A stretch of DNA of 64,000 nt from Deltaproteobacteria bacterium (GTDB lineage Bacteria > Desulfobacterota > Dissulfuribacteria > Dissulfuribacterales > UBA3076), in assembly GCA_018399745.1 (NCBI GenBank), contig JAGYNZ010000013.1, positions 65-64,064 on the forward strand, given 5' to 3'. Made by a program: the position numbers and the translations under genes. The notes under the pieces were generated by a model. That model saw nothing but the letters and a program-made list of their open reading frames with translations. It made no database searches and was not told the DNA's origin. This document shows, piece by piece, positions 49,222-60,559 of this stretch. Positions within the stretch are counted from its first letter, which is position 1. Each line of letters starts with the position of its first letter.

Positions 49222-50619
49222 ATGGGTTCAGAACTCAAGATGATCATAGATCAGGTAAGCAGGGAAAAGGGGTTGGATCGTGATGTTCTTATCGCTGCCC
49301 TTGAGGAGGCAATCAAGTCGGCTGTCAAAAAGCGCTACGGTATACATCTCGATCTGGAAGTCGATTTTAACAGTGCCCGGGGCGAAATTGAGGTGTTTCA
49401 GTATCGTACTGTAGTAGAAGAGGCGCACGACAAGGAAACAGAAATCTCTCTGGAAGAGGCTAGAGGGCTTGACTCCAAATGTGAATTGGAGGATTGCATC
49501 GGCACCAAAATGGACATTTCAGCCCTGGGGCGAATAGCTGCTCAGTCAGCAAGACAGGTCATCATTCAGAAGATGAAGACCGCCGAAAGGGATCTTGTTT
49601 ATGAGGAATTCAAAGAGCGCAAAGGCGAAGTTGTAAACGGTATTATTCAGCGCTATGAAAGGGGCAATGTCATAGTCAATCTCGGACGAACAGAGGCGAT
49701 ACTGCCCACGTGCGAGCAAATTTCAAGTGAAAGCTACCGTCGTGGTGACCGGATCCGTGCCTATATCATTGAAGTGAAAGATACGCAAAGGGAGCATCAG
49801 ATTATTTTATCCAGGACCCATCCGGATTTCCTGATCAAGCTTTTTGAGCTGGAGGTTCCGGAGATCTCCGATGGGATAGTCCAGATTATGGGGGTAAGCA
49901 GAGAGCCTGGAAGCAGATCCAAGATCGCTGTCAGCTCAAGGGAGTCTGATGTGGATCCTGTCGGGGCCTGTGTGGGGATGCGAGGGTCAAGGGTCCAGGC
50001 AGTAGTGCAGGAACTTAGGGGCGAAAAAATAGACATAGTGCCATGGAGCCCTGATCCGGCAAAGTATATTTATAATGCCTTAGCCCCTGCCGAATGTTCC
50101 AGAGTTATAGTAGATGATTCCAATCAGGCACTCGAAGTTATCGTGCCGGATGATCAGCTCTCTCTCGCCATCGGACGTCAGGGGCAAAACGTGCGTCTTG
50201 CCGCCAAGCTCATGGGTTGGAGAATAGATGTGCGAAGTGAGACCCGTTATCAGCACTACCAGGACCCTGACTACTATTCATTATTAGAGATATCATTTAT
50301 GTCAGAGAATATTGCGGACAAAATCTATGACCTTGGCGTCACCTCACTTGAACTTTTAGCCCGGGCTGATCCTGATAAACTTTCGCAGGGAACCAACTTG
50401 AGTGCAGAGTTGATAGGCTCATTAGTGGAAGAGGCCAAGAAGCTGACAGAGAAAAAGGAAATTGAGAAAGAGGGTGTGCCGGCTGAAGAAATAGATACCA
50501 GTGAAGAGACCGGTATCGAAAAAGAGGTTTTGTCTGAGACGGAAAAGAAAGCAGAGGACCAGGTATCTGACTCTGTTCAAGATGTTTTGCACACACCGCA
50601 AAAAGATTGCGAGGAATGA
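49222..50619 (+). CDS. nusA: Transcription termination/antitermination factor NusA
   Basis: 465 aa. It has the N-terminal domain, S1 and two KH domains (CVGMRGSRVQAVVQEL, AIGRQGQNVRLAAKL), plus an acidic C-terminal tail. Confidence 0.95.
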   Translation: MGSELKMIIDQVSREKGLDRDVLIAALEEAIKSAVKKRYGIHLDLEVDFNSARGEIEVFQYRTVVEEAHDKETEISLEEARGLDSKCELEDCIGTKMDISALGRIAAQSARQVIIQKMKTAERDLVYEEFKERKGEVVNGIIQRYERGNVIVNLGRTEAILPTCEQISSESYRRGDRIRAYIIEVKDTQREHQIILSRTHPDFLIKLFELEVPEISDGIVQIMGVSREPGSRSKIAVSSRESDVDPVGACVGMRGSRVQAVVQELRGEKIDIVPWSPDPAKYIYNALAPAECSRVIVDDSNQALEVIVPDDQLSLAIGRQGQNVRLAAKLMGWRIDVRSETRYQHYQDPDYYSLLEISFMSENIADKIYDLGVTSLELLARADPDKLSQGTNLSAELIGSLVEEAKKLTEKKEIEKEGVPAEEIDTSEETGIEKEVLSETEKKAEDQVSDSVQDVLHTPQKDCEE

Positions 50620-50884
50620 CCATGTTTCAAAAATTTTGCGGTATCATCAGTAATAAGATTTGTTTATTGTCAGGGTAAAGAGACATACCCACCTCCATGC
50701 AGCTACAGGATGACTTGAAGAAATTGAAGCGTTGTCGCAGGTGGGTGTATCCTTAACATAGAGTTATAAAATGAGTAATAGCAACCACAAAAAAATGAAT
50801 AGGCCAATCCAGAATTTATTGTTATATGAGGGCCTAAACGGCTTTTTCAAGAAGAGTTATGTTGCCGGGGGTTAAAGAACAGGC

Positions 50885-53638
50885 ATGGCTAAAATTAGAG
50901 TCCATGAGCTGGCTAAGGAATTTGGAATAGCCAGCAAAGAGATGGCAGCCAGGATTATAGATATTGGCTACAATATCAAGAACTATATGAGTACGCTTGA
51001 GGACTATGAGGTCCAGGATATCCGGCGCAAGCTAAAGGACGAAAAAAGTGCGCCAGAAAGGAAAGAACAAGAGGTCGAGCCCAAAACCACGGTGCGTCTC
51101 AGACATCGGAAAATTACTCTTAAAAAGATAGTTCCTCCAACTGAAGCTGAAGCTGAAGAGAAAGGCGTTACCGGAATGTCCGTGAAAAGGGCTGAGGTAA
51201 TGAAAGAAAAAGCTGAAGAGGTTATCTCTGTTGTCAAGGAAGAGGAGGACGTTAAGGAAGAGGGGGAAACTGCAGTTGCTGAAGAAAAACAGTTGGAAAG
51301 CGAATCAGGACAAGAAATAACTGAGACCTCAACGAAAATATTGGGAGGGTCCCGGACCGAGAAACAAGCTGATCTACCCGAGACCCCTCCTAAACCCAAG
51401 CCTGTAAAAAAGGCTAAAGCGGCGAAACCCAAAAGCTTTGTAAAGATTCTTGACCGTCCGAAGATTGAAGTCCCTCAGCAGCCGGAAAACGGATCTGAAA
51501 GCCCGGTTCCTCAAGCTAAACAGCCTTCTCATACGGAATCGCCCGCTGTAGAATCGTCGGTTCCATTAAGTGATATTTCTGTAGTTCCCGGAAAAAAGAC
51601 CAGAAAAAAAGGCAAGAGAGTAGTCCATATGTCGGATTTGGGAGAATCGCTCAAAAAGCGTCGGATTGCTCCCAGGCGAGAGGGAAAAAAGAAACATATA
51701 GGCAAAATTCTTGCAGAAGAGACTGATATTATATCATCCGATCGAAAGAAGACAGGGGTTCCGTTGACCCAGGCCGATTCAGGCAAAAAGAAAGAGCACG
51801 TCCATAAGTCCGGCACCGTGCCTCCAAAGGCAAGCAAACGAAAGTTTGCCATATATGACACTATTCTCGTGGGTGAGCTTGCCAAACGTATGGGCGTCAA
51901 GGCGAGTGACGTTATAATGAAGCTCATGGGGCTGGGCGTAATGGCTACGGTAAATCAGTATATTGATTACGACGTAGCCAGTATTGTGGCATCCGGATTT
52001 GATTATGAACTGGAGAAGAAGTCCGTTGCTGAAGACTTGATACACGTGGAGGATGCTCAGAAAGGCGAGCCTGTGCCAAGGCCTCCCGTCGTCACAGTCA
52101 TGGGTCATGTAGATCATGGAAAGACTTCACTTCTGGATGCCATTCGCAGGGCAGATGTGGCTACAAGGGAAGCAGGGGGCATTACCCAGCACATAGGCGC
52201 ATATCATGTGAGGCTTCCATCCGGCCAGGAAGCAGTCTTTCTCGATACTCCAGGCCATGAAGCGTTCACAGCTATGCGGTCTCGCGGGGCCAGGGTCACT
52301 GATATCGTGATCCTTTTGGTGGCAGCGGATGACGGCGTCATGGCCCAGACACGTGAGGCCATAGATCACGCTCGGGCAGCCGAAGTACCTATAATTGTAG
52401 CAATCAACAAGATTGACAAACCGGGCGCAAATCCGGAAAGGGTAAAAGGTGAGCTTGCTGAAATCGGATTGGTTCCCGAAGATTGGGGTGGTGAGACCAT
52501 TTGCATCAACATCTCAGCCAAAGAAAAAACAGGGATAGACGAATTGCTTGAGATGATGGCCCTCCAGGCCGAAGTGATGGAGCTCAAGGCAGATCCTGAT
52601 TGTCCTGCCAGGGGTCATGCAATAGAGGCAAGGCTGGACAGGGGGCGTGGTTCTATGGCTACCCTGATGATTTCAGAAGGGACATTGCACACGGGTGACG
52701 CCCTGGTCTGTGGTATACACCATGGCAGAGTTAGAGCCATGTTTGACGACAAGGGTAAAAGCATAAAGACCGCCGGACCCTCTATGCCTGTAGAAATTCA
52801 AGGTCTCTCCGGAGTGCCTGAGGCGGGGAACGAATTCATAGTACTTTCTGATGACAAAAAGGCCCGAGAGGTATCTGAGTATCGTCACGGCAAGAGCAGA
52901 GAGCTCGAGCTGGCCAATAGCAGCAAGGTGAGTCTGGAAAATGTTTTTGAAAAGCTTCGAGAGGAAGAACTCAAGGAGCTCAATATAATCCTCAAGACGG
53001 ATGTTCAGGGATCTGTAGAGGCCCTTTCAGAGGCATTACGCAAACTCAGTACTCAAGAGATAAAGGTGAATTTTGTCAGGAGCGGTATCGGAGCTATTAC
53101 CGAATCCGATGTTCTGCTGGCATCTGCTTCTAATGCAATCATCATAGGCTTTAATGTAAAGCCCAGCCCGCAGGCAAAGACTTTGGCCGAGCAGGAACAC
53201 GTGGATATCCGTTTTTACGATGTTATTTACCATGCCATAGAGGAAATTAAAAACGCCATGGTTGGGCTATTAGAGCCCGTTTATAAAGAAAAAACTCTGG
53301 GACGCGCTGAGGTGCGTGATGTCTTTCATATTGCCAAGGTCGGTACAGTGGCAGGCAGCTATGTACTGGATGGCTTGATACAGAGAAATGCTCAAGCCAG
53401 GCTCTTAAGAGACAACGTGGTGGTTTATAATGGTAAAATAGCGTCTCTTCGTCGCTTTAAGGAGGATGCAAAAGAAGTCCAGGCAGGGTATGAATGCGGA
53501 ATCGGCCTTGTAAGGTTCAATGACGTAAAGACAGGGGACATAATAGAGGCCTTTATAATTGAAGAAGAGGCCCCGGTCCTTGGAGAGCCCATATCTGCCG
53601 CCGCGGAAAGTGAAACCGGGAAAAATAAAAAAATGTAG
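50885..53638 (+). CDS. infB: Translation initiation factor IF-2
   Basis: 917 aa. [12 protein letters not shown] is the N-terminus. The GTPase motifs are [22 protein letters not shown] and NKID. Confidence 0.96.
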   Translation: MAKIRVHELAKEFGIASKEMAARIIDIGYNIKNYMSTLEDYEVQDIRRKLKDEKSAPERKEQEVEPKTTVRLRHRKITLKKIVPPTEAEAEEKGVTGMSVKRAEVMKEKAEEVISVVKEEEDVKEEGETAVAEEKQLESESGQEITETSTKILGGSRTEKQADLPETPPKPKPVKKAKAAKPKSFVKILDRPKIEVPQQPENGSESPVPQAKQPSHTESPAVESSVPLSDISVVPGKKTRKKGKRVVHMSDLGESLKKRRIAPRREGKKKHIGKILAEETDIISSDRKKTGVPLTQADSGKKKEHVHKSGTVPPKASKRKFAIYDTILVGELAKRMGVKASDVIMKLMGLGVMATVNQYIDYDVASIVASGFDYELEKKSVAEDLIHVEDAQKGEPVPRPPVVTVMGHVDHGKTSLLDAIRRADVATREAGGITQHIGAYHVRLPSGQEAVFLDTPGHEAFTAMRSRGARVTDIVILLVAADDGVMAQTREAIDHARAAEVPIIVAINKIDKPGANPERVKGELAEIGLVPEDWGGETICINISAKEKTGIDELLEMMALQAEVMELKADPDCPARGHAIEARLDRGRGSMATLMISEGTLHTGDALVCGIHHGRVRAMFDDKGKSIKTAGPSMPVEIQGLSGVPEAGNEFIVLSDDKKAREVSEYRHGKSRELELANSSKVSLENVFEKLREEELKELNIILKTDVQGSVEALSEALRKLSTQEIKVNFVRSGIGAITESDVLLASASNAIIIGFNVKPSPQAKTLAEQEHVDIRFYDVIYHAIEEIKNAMVGLLEPVYKEKTLGRAEVRDVFHIAKVGTVAGSYVLDGLIQRNAQARLLRDNVVVYNGKIASLRRFKEDAKEVQAGYECGIGLVRFNDVKTGDIIEAFIIEEEAPVLGEPISAAAESETGKNKKM

Positions 53639-53737
53639 ATATTTTGCTTGATTTTGACTTTCCAGTTTCAAGGTCCGTATTCAATTATTAGACTTTTTTA
53701 AATAAGGTCTCAGCAGGCGAATGAGGGATGACGATCA

Positions 53738-54031
53738 GTGGTCGTAGGTATAATCAGGCTCAGGGTAAAATTGCCTGAAAACCATTCGCTAAAGGGTAAA
53801 CGGCGTGTTGTTAAGAGTTTGATCGGGCAGGTACGGAGCCGTTTCAATGTAGCCATATCAGAAATAGCACTGAACGATGTTTGGCAGAGGGCGGAAATAG
53901 GGATATCCGCAATAGGAAATAGCCAGCCAATAATGAACTCCGTCCTGGACAAAATTATGGAATTCATTGAAAGGACGTATCTGGTAGAAATTATTGATAC
54001 AGACATCGAAATTATTCACATGGGAAAGTAG
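53738..54031 (+). CDS. DUF503 (YlxP-like) protein
   Basis: 97 aa. VVGIIRLRVKLPENHSLKGKRRVVKSLI is typical of DUF503, and the position between infB and rbfA is conserved. Confidence 0.8.
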   Translation: MVVGIIRLRVKLPENHSLKGKRRVVKSLIGQVRSRFNVAISEIALNDVWQRAEIGISAIGNSQPIMNSVLDKIMEFIERTYLVEIIDTDIEIIHMGK

Positions 54032-54041
54032 GAAGGCAATT

Positions 54042-54410
54042 ATGCCCCATATGTTTCCTCGTTCCAGACGAGTAGAGGATCTCCTTAGAAAAGAAGTAGC
54101 AGACATGTTGCTCGGAGAGGTCAAGGACCCAAGGATCCAGGGCCTGGTGACCATAATGCAGGTGAAGGTCTCGGAAGACCTCTGTCACGCAAGATTTTTT
54201 GTTTCCGTTCTTGGAAGTGAATCTGAGAGAAAGTCCGTGATGGAAGGGCTGAATAAGGCTAAAGGCTTCATACGGAGAACATTGGGACACCGTCTTGACC
54301 TCAGGCGGATTCCTGAACTGCACTTTCAACTGGACCGGAGTCTGGATGACCAGGAAAAGATAGAAAAGCTCCTTGCCAGTATGAAAATCGACCAACAGAC
54401 AGAGAGTTGA
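54042..54410 (+). CDS. rbfA: Ribosome-binding factor A
   Basis: RSRRVEDLLRKEVADMLLGEVKDPRI...VTIMQVKVSEDLCHARFFVS matches RbfA. The start is set at internal ATG 54042; the track ORF starts at 53994. Confidence 0.9.
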   Translation: MPHMFPRSRRVEDLLRKEVADMLLGEVKDPRIQGLVTIMQVKVSEDLCHARFFVSVLGSESERKSVMEGLNKAKGFIRRTLGHRLDLRRIPELHFQLDRSLDDQEKIEKLLASMKIDQQTES

Positions 54411-55462
54411 GAGACCTTGTGACTGAAATTTTGCCCGAGAAAGCCAAGATGCTGAAGGCCGCGGTAAAGGCCATCGATGAGGCTGACCGTCTCCTTTTAA
54501 CCTGTCATGTAAAGCCGGATGGGGATGCCCTGGGTTCCTTGTTGGGCTTGGGCCTTGCCCTTAAGGAGGCAGGGAGAGAGGTAACCCTTTTTACAGAAGA
54601 TCCGGTGCCGGATACACTTCGATTTCTTCCTGGTTCTCATTATCTGGTCAATGAAGTGGTCAATCCCCTGCCTGAAAAAACTACTCTGGTGATCCTTGAC
54701 TGCAATGAACCTCACAGGATCGGGAGGCAGGCACAAGTATTAATAGAGCAGGCTTCACTCATTGTGATTCTGGATCATCACTTGAGTCAGGCACCGTTCT
54801 GTGATCAAAAGCAGGGTATAAAATATCCTCATTGTATAAATTGTATATTTCCGGACATTTTTGCTGCCGGGGCTATAGTCCTGTGGGTAATCAAAGGACT
54901 TGGATGGCCCATAACAGAAGATATAGCCACAAACCTCTATGCTGCCATATTGTCAGACACTGGATGCTTCCGTCACAGTAATACGAACGAGACGGCTTTC
55001 CGGATGGCCGTGGAGCTTGTAGCACATGGTGCAAGCCCGTATGCCGTTGCGAATCAACTTTATCAAAATTATTCTCTATGCAGACAACACCTTCTGGGCC
55101 TTGTATTGAGGACCATTGAGGTCAGGGCGCGTGGCAGGGTGGGTCTTCTTCAGGCCACTCCTGATATGTTTCGCATCAGCGGAGCAACAGAGCACGACAC
55201 AGATGACTTTGTAGGGCATGTTAGATGTATAGATACAGTAGAAGTTGCCGTTTTCATAAAGGAGGTCTATTCCGGGCAGGTATCTGTCAGCCTCAGGTCA
55301 AAATCATTCTTTAATGTGGCAAAGCTGGCAAAAGAATTTGGAGGCGGCGGGCATTTTAATGCAGCGGGTTTCCGCAAGACCGGTTCAGCCGCTGAGATTA
55401 GAGCGATTCTGCTGGATAAAATAAAAGCCTGTTTTGAGGATTCGGAAACAGCCGATGCTTGA
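54407..55462 (+). CDS. nrnA: DHH-family phosphoesterase NrnA (oligoribonuclease/pAp phosphatase)
   Basis: Has CHVKPDGDALGS, the DHH motif in ILDHH, and GGGH in the DHHA1 domain. Confidence 0.82.
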   Translation: MRDLVTEILPEKAKMLKAAVKAIDEADRLLLTCHVKPDGDALGSLLGLGLALKEAGREVTLFTEDPVPDTLRFLPGSHYLVNEVVNPLPEKTTLVILDCNEPHRIGRQAQVLIEQASLIVILDHHLSQAPFCDQKQGIKYPHCINCIFPDIFAAGAIVLWVIKGLGWPITEDIATNLYAAILSDTGCFRHSNTNETAFRMAVELVAHGASPYAVANQLYQNYSLCRQHLLGLVLRTIEVRARGRVGLLQATPDMFRISGATEHDTDDFVGHVRCIDTVEVAVFIKEVYSGQVSVSLRSKSFFNVAKLAKEFGGGGHFNAAGFRKTGSAAEIRAILLDKIKACFEDSETADA

Positions 55463-56444
55463 TGGTATCCTGGTAATGGATAAGGCGTTCGGACCAACGT
55501 CCTTCCAGATAGTTCAGAGAGTTCGTAAAAGGCTTAAGGTCAAAAAAGTCGGACATGCAGGTACCCTTGATCCACTTGCTACGGGTGTGCTGCCTATATG
55601 TCTGGGACGAGCGACCAAGATCGTCCAGTTTATTATGTCGGGTCACAAAATATATCAAGGTACCATGCTCCTTGGTGTAGCTACCGATACCTATGATGCA
55701 GCAGGCAAGGTCACGGAACAGAAGGCTTTACCTTCGAGTCTTGATCAAATCTTTTTACAAAAGGCGGCCAAAGAATTTACTGGCAGGCTCTTTCAGCCGC
55801 CCCCCCCGTTTTCGGCAGTCAAGCATAACGGGAAACCACTATACAAATTTGCACGTCAAGGAATAATGGTCCAAAAAGAATCCAGGCCGGTGCAGGTATT
55901 CTCCTTTGAGATCCTTGGGTTGAGGTTGCCCGAAGTAGACTTCAGGGTACACTGCTCAAAAGGTACTTATGTTAGATCACTGGTACATGACCTGGGTTCA
56001 AATCTGGGTTGCTGCGCCCATGTGACTAGACTGCGAAGGACCAAAAGCGGCCCCTTCAACATAGAAAATGCCATGAAGATGGAAACTCTGGAGGAAGTTG
56101 TTAAAAGTAAAAGGCTTTTAGACGTCCTTATTCCTGTTGAGAAGGCGCTGTCACATATTCACGCCATTGAGATAGATAATGAGATGGCAGCAGAGTTGAG
56201 GAATGGGCATCCAGTTTTTGTAAACAGGCTCAGGGAGCTAATGGAATCGCAAGCCCATGAGTCAGATATGGAGTTACCTTATCTGCGTCTTCTTTGCAGA
56301 CTGCCTCACATAAAAAATGGTTCAGGCCAGCAGGAAAAAGATTTGGTGTCCGTTGTGGCATGGCCCTCGGCGCCGGAGTCGGGCAGCCATAAAATACTGC
56401 ATCCCATAAAGGTCTGGCCAAAAAAATGTATTATTACAAACTGA
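55455..56444 (+). CDS. truB: tRNA pseudouridine(55) synthase TruB
   Basis: Has GILVMDKAFGPTS, the catalytic-Asp motif HAGTLDPLATGVLPICLG, and a PUA-like C-terminus. The start is set at internal ATG 55455. Confidence 0.92.
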   Translation: MLDGILVMDKAFGPTSFQIVQRVRKRLKVKKVGHAGTLDPLATGVLPICLGRATKIVQFIMSGHKIYQGTMLLGVATDTYDAAGKVTEQKALPSSLDQIFLQKAAKEFTGRLFQPPPPFSAVKHNGKPLYKFARQGIMVQKESRPVQVFSFEILGLRLPEVDFRVHCSKGTYVRSLVHDLGSNLGCCAHVTRLRRTKSGPFNIENAMKMETLEEVVKSKRLLDVLIPVEKALSHIHAIEIDNEMAAELRNGHPVFVNRLRELMESQAHESDMELPYLRLLCRLPHIKNGSGQQEKDLVSVVAWPSAPESGSHKILHPIKVWPKKCIITN

Positions 56445-56490
56445 AACGAGAAATAGCATATCGCAGTTATAGTTAAGGAGGAAAAAATAG

Positions 56491-56760
56491 GTGGTTTTGG
56501 ATCCAGAACGCAAGAAAGAAATTATAGAGAGCTTCCAAACCCACGGGACCGATACCGGTTCCCCTGAGGTTCAAATAGCCCTGTTGAGTTCCCGTATTGT
56601 CTATCTAACTGAGCACTTCAAAATCCATAAAAAGGATCATGGCTCAAGACGAGGCCTGTTAAAACTTGTTGGCCAAAGGAGGAGACTGCTCGACTACCTT
56701 AAGCACCAGGATATGGGGCGGTATAGGAAAATTATAAAGGAGCTTGGAATCCGCAAGTGA
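56491..56760 (+). CDS. rpsO: 30S ribosomal protein S15
   Basis: 89 aa. It has [48 protein letters not shown]. It begins with a GTG start preceded by AAGGAGG. Confidence 0.95.
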   Translation: MVLDPERKKEIIESFQTHGTDTGSPEVQIALLSSRIVYLTEHFKIHKKDHGSRRGLLKLVGQRRRLLDYLKHQDMGRYRKIIKELGIRK

Positions 56761-57130
56761 TATGACGAGCTTATTAAGGTTTCTTATAAACGTATTTTCA
56801 ATATTTTGAATAGGAGTCGCGCGGTTTTTCTAAAATTTTGCTATTTTAGAAAATAGAGTTGGCACAAAATATTGAAGAGTATGCTTCGTGGAACCGGGCA
56901 GTCAATATCAACAGCAAATTAAATTTACTAACGTAAAACCGATTACACTGCAAAGACCTTGAAATATGGTCCAGATCAAGAAGCAATAGATACAAGACAA
57001 AAAATTCAAGGAATCATAAGCAGTTAACGCATATCGTAATGACTGGAAAATTGAAGCGGCATCTCAAACCGGAATTTCTGAGCCGAACTATAATTCCTTT
57101 GGTTATTTATGATAGAGGACCTCAAGACAC

Positions 57131-59212
57131 ATGATAAAATTAAAAACACAGATAAATGACATGGCCTTATCCCTTGAAACCGGACGTTTGGCCAAACAGT
57201 CCAACGGTGCCATTTTGGCCAGCCTGGGGGAAACCGTAGTCCTCGTGACAGCAGTAACTTCTGGTAAAACCAGAGAAGGAATAGACTATCTGCCACTAAT
57301 GGTAGATTACCAGGAGAGGTTTTATGGATCGGGTCGCATTCCAGGAAATTATTTCCGCAGGGAGATAGGAAGACCCAGTGAAAAAGAAACTCTGACTTCA
57401 AGACTTATAGATCGCCCCCTTCGGCCCAGATTTCCTAAGGGATATGCCTTCGATACACAGATAATAGCAACGGTGCTTTCTGAGGATGCCGAGGTTGATC
57501 CTGATGTGGTTGCCATTACCGCGGCATCCGCAGCTCTTTGTGTCTCAGACATACCATTTGACGGCCCTATTGCCGGAGTTAGAGTGGGAAGAGTAGAAGG
57601 CGGACTCATAGCTAATCCTACCAGGACCCAGCTGTCTAATTCAGATCTCAATATAATTGTTGCCGGTACCAGAAATACGATAATTATGGTAGAGGGCTGG
57701 AGCGCGGTGCTTTCAGAGCAGGAAGTACTCGATGCCATATTTTTCGGACAGGAATCTCTGACGCCTTTACTCGATCTTCAGGATGAACTTGTTGAAAAGT
57801 CGGGTAAGCCCAAGATAACTGTTCCCGTTCCAGATGTGGACATTGATTTTACAGACAAGGTCCGGGAAATTGCCAGGGAGAAGTTGCTGGCAGCCATACA
57901 GATACCCTTCAAAGTTGAAAGAAATGAGGGAATAAGACGCCTGAAAACGGAAGTAATGGAGGCATTGGCTGAGGAGTATCCCGGACGTGAACAGCAAATA
58001 TCAGAGTGCATGAATGGCCTTGAAAAAGACCTGATGCGTACTTTGATTACAAAAGAAAAGCGTCGGATTGACGGCAGGACTTTTGAAGAAGTAAGGCCAA
58101 TTTCATGCTCTGTGGGTGAACTTCCCCGCACTCACGGTTCTGCTGTCTTTACGCGTGGAGAAACCCAGGTACTGACAGTGGCAACCCTTGGCAGCTCTGA
58201 AGATGAGCAGAGGATCGAGTCCCCTGCGGGGCAACAGTATAAACACTTCATGCTGCACTATAATTTCACCCCTTACAGTGTCGGTGAAGTAAGGCCGTTA
58301 AGAGGTCCGGCACGAAGAGATATAGGTCACGGTATACTGGCGGAACGGGCGCTGGCCGGAGTAATACCCCCCGCAGACGATTTTTCGTATACCATTCGCA
58401 TTGTTGCAGATGTTTTGGAATCAAACGGCTCATCCTCAATGGCCACTGTTTGCGGAGGATCACTTGCCATGATGGATGCAGGCATTCCCATTCGGGACAT
58501 GGTGGCAGGGGTTGCAATGGGTCTTATTAAGGAGAATGACGATATCATCATACTCTCGGATATCCTGGGCGATGAAGACCACATGGGCGATATGGACTTC
58601 AAGGTGGCAGGGACCGAGGAAGGTATTGCCGCACTCCAGATGGATATCAAGATTTCAGGGATCAGTCGGGATATTTTAGGCAAGGCGCTTATGCAGGCAA
58701 AAGATGCGAGACGCTTTATCCTGTCCAGGATGAAAGAGGTGATAGATCATCCCAGAAAAGACCTTTCCCAGTATGCACCCAAGATCATTACCCTCAATAT
58801 AAATCCGGATAAGATTCGGGATCTTATCGGTCCCGGGGGTAAGAATATACGTGGCATAATAGCAGAAACCGGCGTAAAGATAGACGTCAATGATTCGGGT
58901 GAGGTAAACATATTTTCCTCTTCAGGTAAAGCAGCAGAAGATGCTATCAAGAGGGTCAAAGATCTCACAAAAGAGCCTGTGGTCGGAGAGATCTATCTCG
59001 GGACCGTAAAAAAGATAATGGACTTCGGTGCGTTTGTGGAAATAATGCCCGGTACAGATGGTCTGGTCCATATTTCCCAGCTGGAAAACAGGCATGTGAA
59101 AAATGTAAAGGATGTAGTTGCCGAAGGTGATGAAGTACGTGTAAAAGTCATAGGTATAGATCAACAAGGCAGGATCAAGCTCAGCCGAAGGGCTGCCATG
59201 AACGACGAGTAG
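57131..59212 (+). CDS. pnp: Polyribonucleotide nucleotidyltransferase (PNPase)
   Basis: 693 aa. It has two RNase PH domains, a KH domain (GPGGKNIRGI) and an S1 domain (GAFVEIMPGTDGLVHISQL). Confidence 0.96.
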   Translation: MIKLKTQINDMALSLETGRLAKQSNGAILASLGETVVLVTAVTSGKTREGIDYLPLMVDYQERFYGSGRIPGNYFRREIGRPSEKETLTSRLIDRPLRPRFPKGYAFDTQIIATVLSEDAEVDPDVVAITAASAALCVSDIPFDGPIAGVRVGRVEGGLIANPTRTQLSNSDLNIIVAGTRNTIIMVEGWSAVLSEQEVLDAIFFGQESLTPLLDLQDELVEKSGKPKITVPVPDVDIDFTDKVREIAREKLLAAIQIPFKVERNEGIRRLKTEVMEALAEEYPGREQQISECMNGLEKDLMRTLITKEKRRIDGRTFEEVRPISCSVGELPRTHGSAVFTRGETQVLTVATLGSSEDEQRIESPAGQQYKHFMLHYNFTPYSVGEVRPLRGPARRDIGHGILAERALAGVIPPADDFSYTIRIVADVLESNGSSSMATVCGGSLAMMDAGIPIRDMVAGVAMGLIKENDDIIILSDILGDEDHMGDMDFKVAGTEEGIAALQMDIKISGISRDILGKALMQAKDARRFILSRMKEVIDHPRKDLSQYAPKIITLNINPDKIRDLIGPGGKNIRGIIAETGVKIDVNDSGEVNIFSSSGKAAEDAIKRVKDLTKEPVVGEIYLGTVKKIMDFGAFVEIMPGTDGLVHISQLENRHVKNVKDVVAEGDEVRVKVIGIDQQGRIKLSRRAAMNDE

Positions 59213-59226
59213 GAGTTGTCTCAAGA

Positions 59227-60510
59227 GTGGACCAGCAATACAACAAGTCTGTCCTTTCAAACGGCATTCGCGTGCTTACCGAGCGCATACCCAATGTACG
59301 ATCGGTATCAATCGGTATATGGGTCAATGTGGGCGCCAGGGACGAGGATGTCAGCAACACGGGTATTTCCCACTTTATCGAGCATATGATTTTTAAGGGT
59401 ACTGAACGGCGTACTGCGCTGGATATTGCCAAGGCCTTTGACCAGATGGGCGGCTTTTCCAATGCCTTTACCTCCAAAGAAATCACATGTTTTCATGCAA
59501 AGGTGCTTGATATACATCTAGAGAGGGCCCTGGATTTATTCGCTGATATTTTTCTCCATTCCAGATTTGATGAAAGGGAGGTTGACAGAGAACGCCAGGT
59601 CATAATGCAGGAGATCAAGATGCTTGAAGACTCTCCGGATGAATTGATACATGACCTTTTTAACAAGTTTTACTGGCCTGGAAATAACCTTGGACAGTCC
59701 ATTCTCGGCACCCTGGACAATGTCAGTGCAATAAATTCACAGATATTGAAAGATTTTATAGCTAAGGCCTACGTAGGTCCAAAGGTTCTAATTGCTGCCG
59801 CTGGTAACCTGGAACATGAATCTTTTTTGGACAAAATCAAAGAACTTTTTGGAGGTCTGGTGTCCATCAATGGCCATTCTTCTTATTCCAGGCCTGTACC
59901 ACATCTTGGGACTCAATTCATTGAAAAAGATCTGGAACAGCTCCACGTGCTGTTGGGTTATGAAGGGCCGTGTTCCTCAGGTCCTCAACGCTATCCGGCC
60001 CTGTTGCTTAATGTCATCCTGGGCGGATCTATGAGTTCCAGGCTGTTTCAGGAGATAAGGGAAAAACGTGGTTTCGCCTACTCAGTCTATTCCTTTTTCT
60101 CTTCGTTTCGGGATACCGGAATGCTGGGAATTTATGCGGGTATCGCTGAAAAACAGTTTTCCAAGACAGTGGAGCTAATGCACAGGGAGTTAAAAAAGCT
60201 CTCAGATCAATATATTGAAAATGACGAACTGGAGGCCGCCAGAGAGCACATAAAAGGTGGATTGTTGCTGTCTGCTGAAAGCACAGACAGCCGCATGACG
60301 AGATTGGCAAAAAATGAAATAAATCTAGGCAGATTTGTCTCTTATGATGAGGTAATCCGCAAAATTAATGCAGTTACTCCTGAAGACATAAAGCAGATGG
60401 CAACACAGTGTTTGAGAGGAGGCTCTGCCATGGTATGCCTGGGGCCGATCCCGGAGGGAGAGGCCGGAAGTTATGAGGAACTGGCAAATTCTTTTACAGG
60501 CAGCTCGTAA
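59227..60510 (+). CDS. M16 family zinc peptidase (insulinase-like)
   Basis: HFIEHMIFKGT is the inverted HxxEH zinc motif. 427 aa, in the common position downstream of pnp. Confidence 0.85.
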   Translation: MDQQYNKSVLSNGIRVLTERIPNVRSVSIGIWVNVGARDEDVSNTGISHFIEHMIFKGTERRTALDIAKAFDQMGGFSNAFTSKEITCFHAKVLDIHLERALDLFADIFLHSRFDEREVDRERQVIMQEIKMLEDSPDELIHDLFNKFYWPGNNLGQSILGTLDNVSAINSQILKDFIAKAYVGPKVLIAAAGNLEHESFLDKIKELFGGLVSINGHSSYSRPVPHLGTQFIEKDLEQLHVLLGYEGPCSSGPQRYPALLLNVILGGSMSSRLFQEIREKRGFAYSVYSFFSSFRDTGMLGIYAGIAEKQFSKTVELMHRELKKLSDQYIENDELEAAREHIKGGLLLSAESTDSRMTRLAKNEINLGRFVSYDEVIRKINAVTPEDIKQMATQCLRGGSAMVCLGPIPEGEAGSYEELANSFTGSS

Positions 60511-60525
60511 AATATCCAGTCTATA

Positions 60526-60553
60526 TTGACAGATATAGATAAAATGCTATTAT
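60526..60553 (+). promoter_or_regulatory. Sigma-70-type promoter in the peptidase-dut intergenic region
   Basis: -35 TTGACA (60526..60531), a 16-nt spacer, then -10 TATTAT (60548..60553). Confidence 0.5.
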
Positions 60554-60559
60554 AAAAGA

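Noticed and set aside
57024-57401. 125-aa minus-strand ORF overlapping the pnp start.
   Set aside because: It is antisense to the highly conserved PNPase N-terminus and has no recognisable features.
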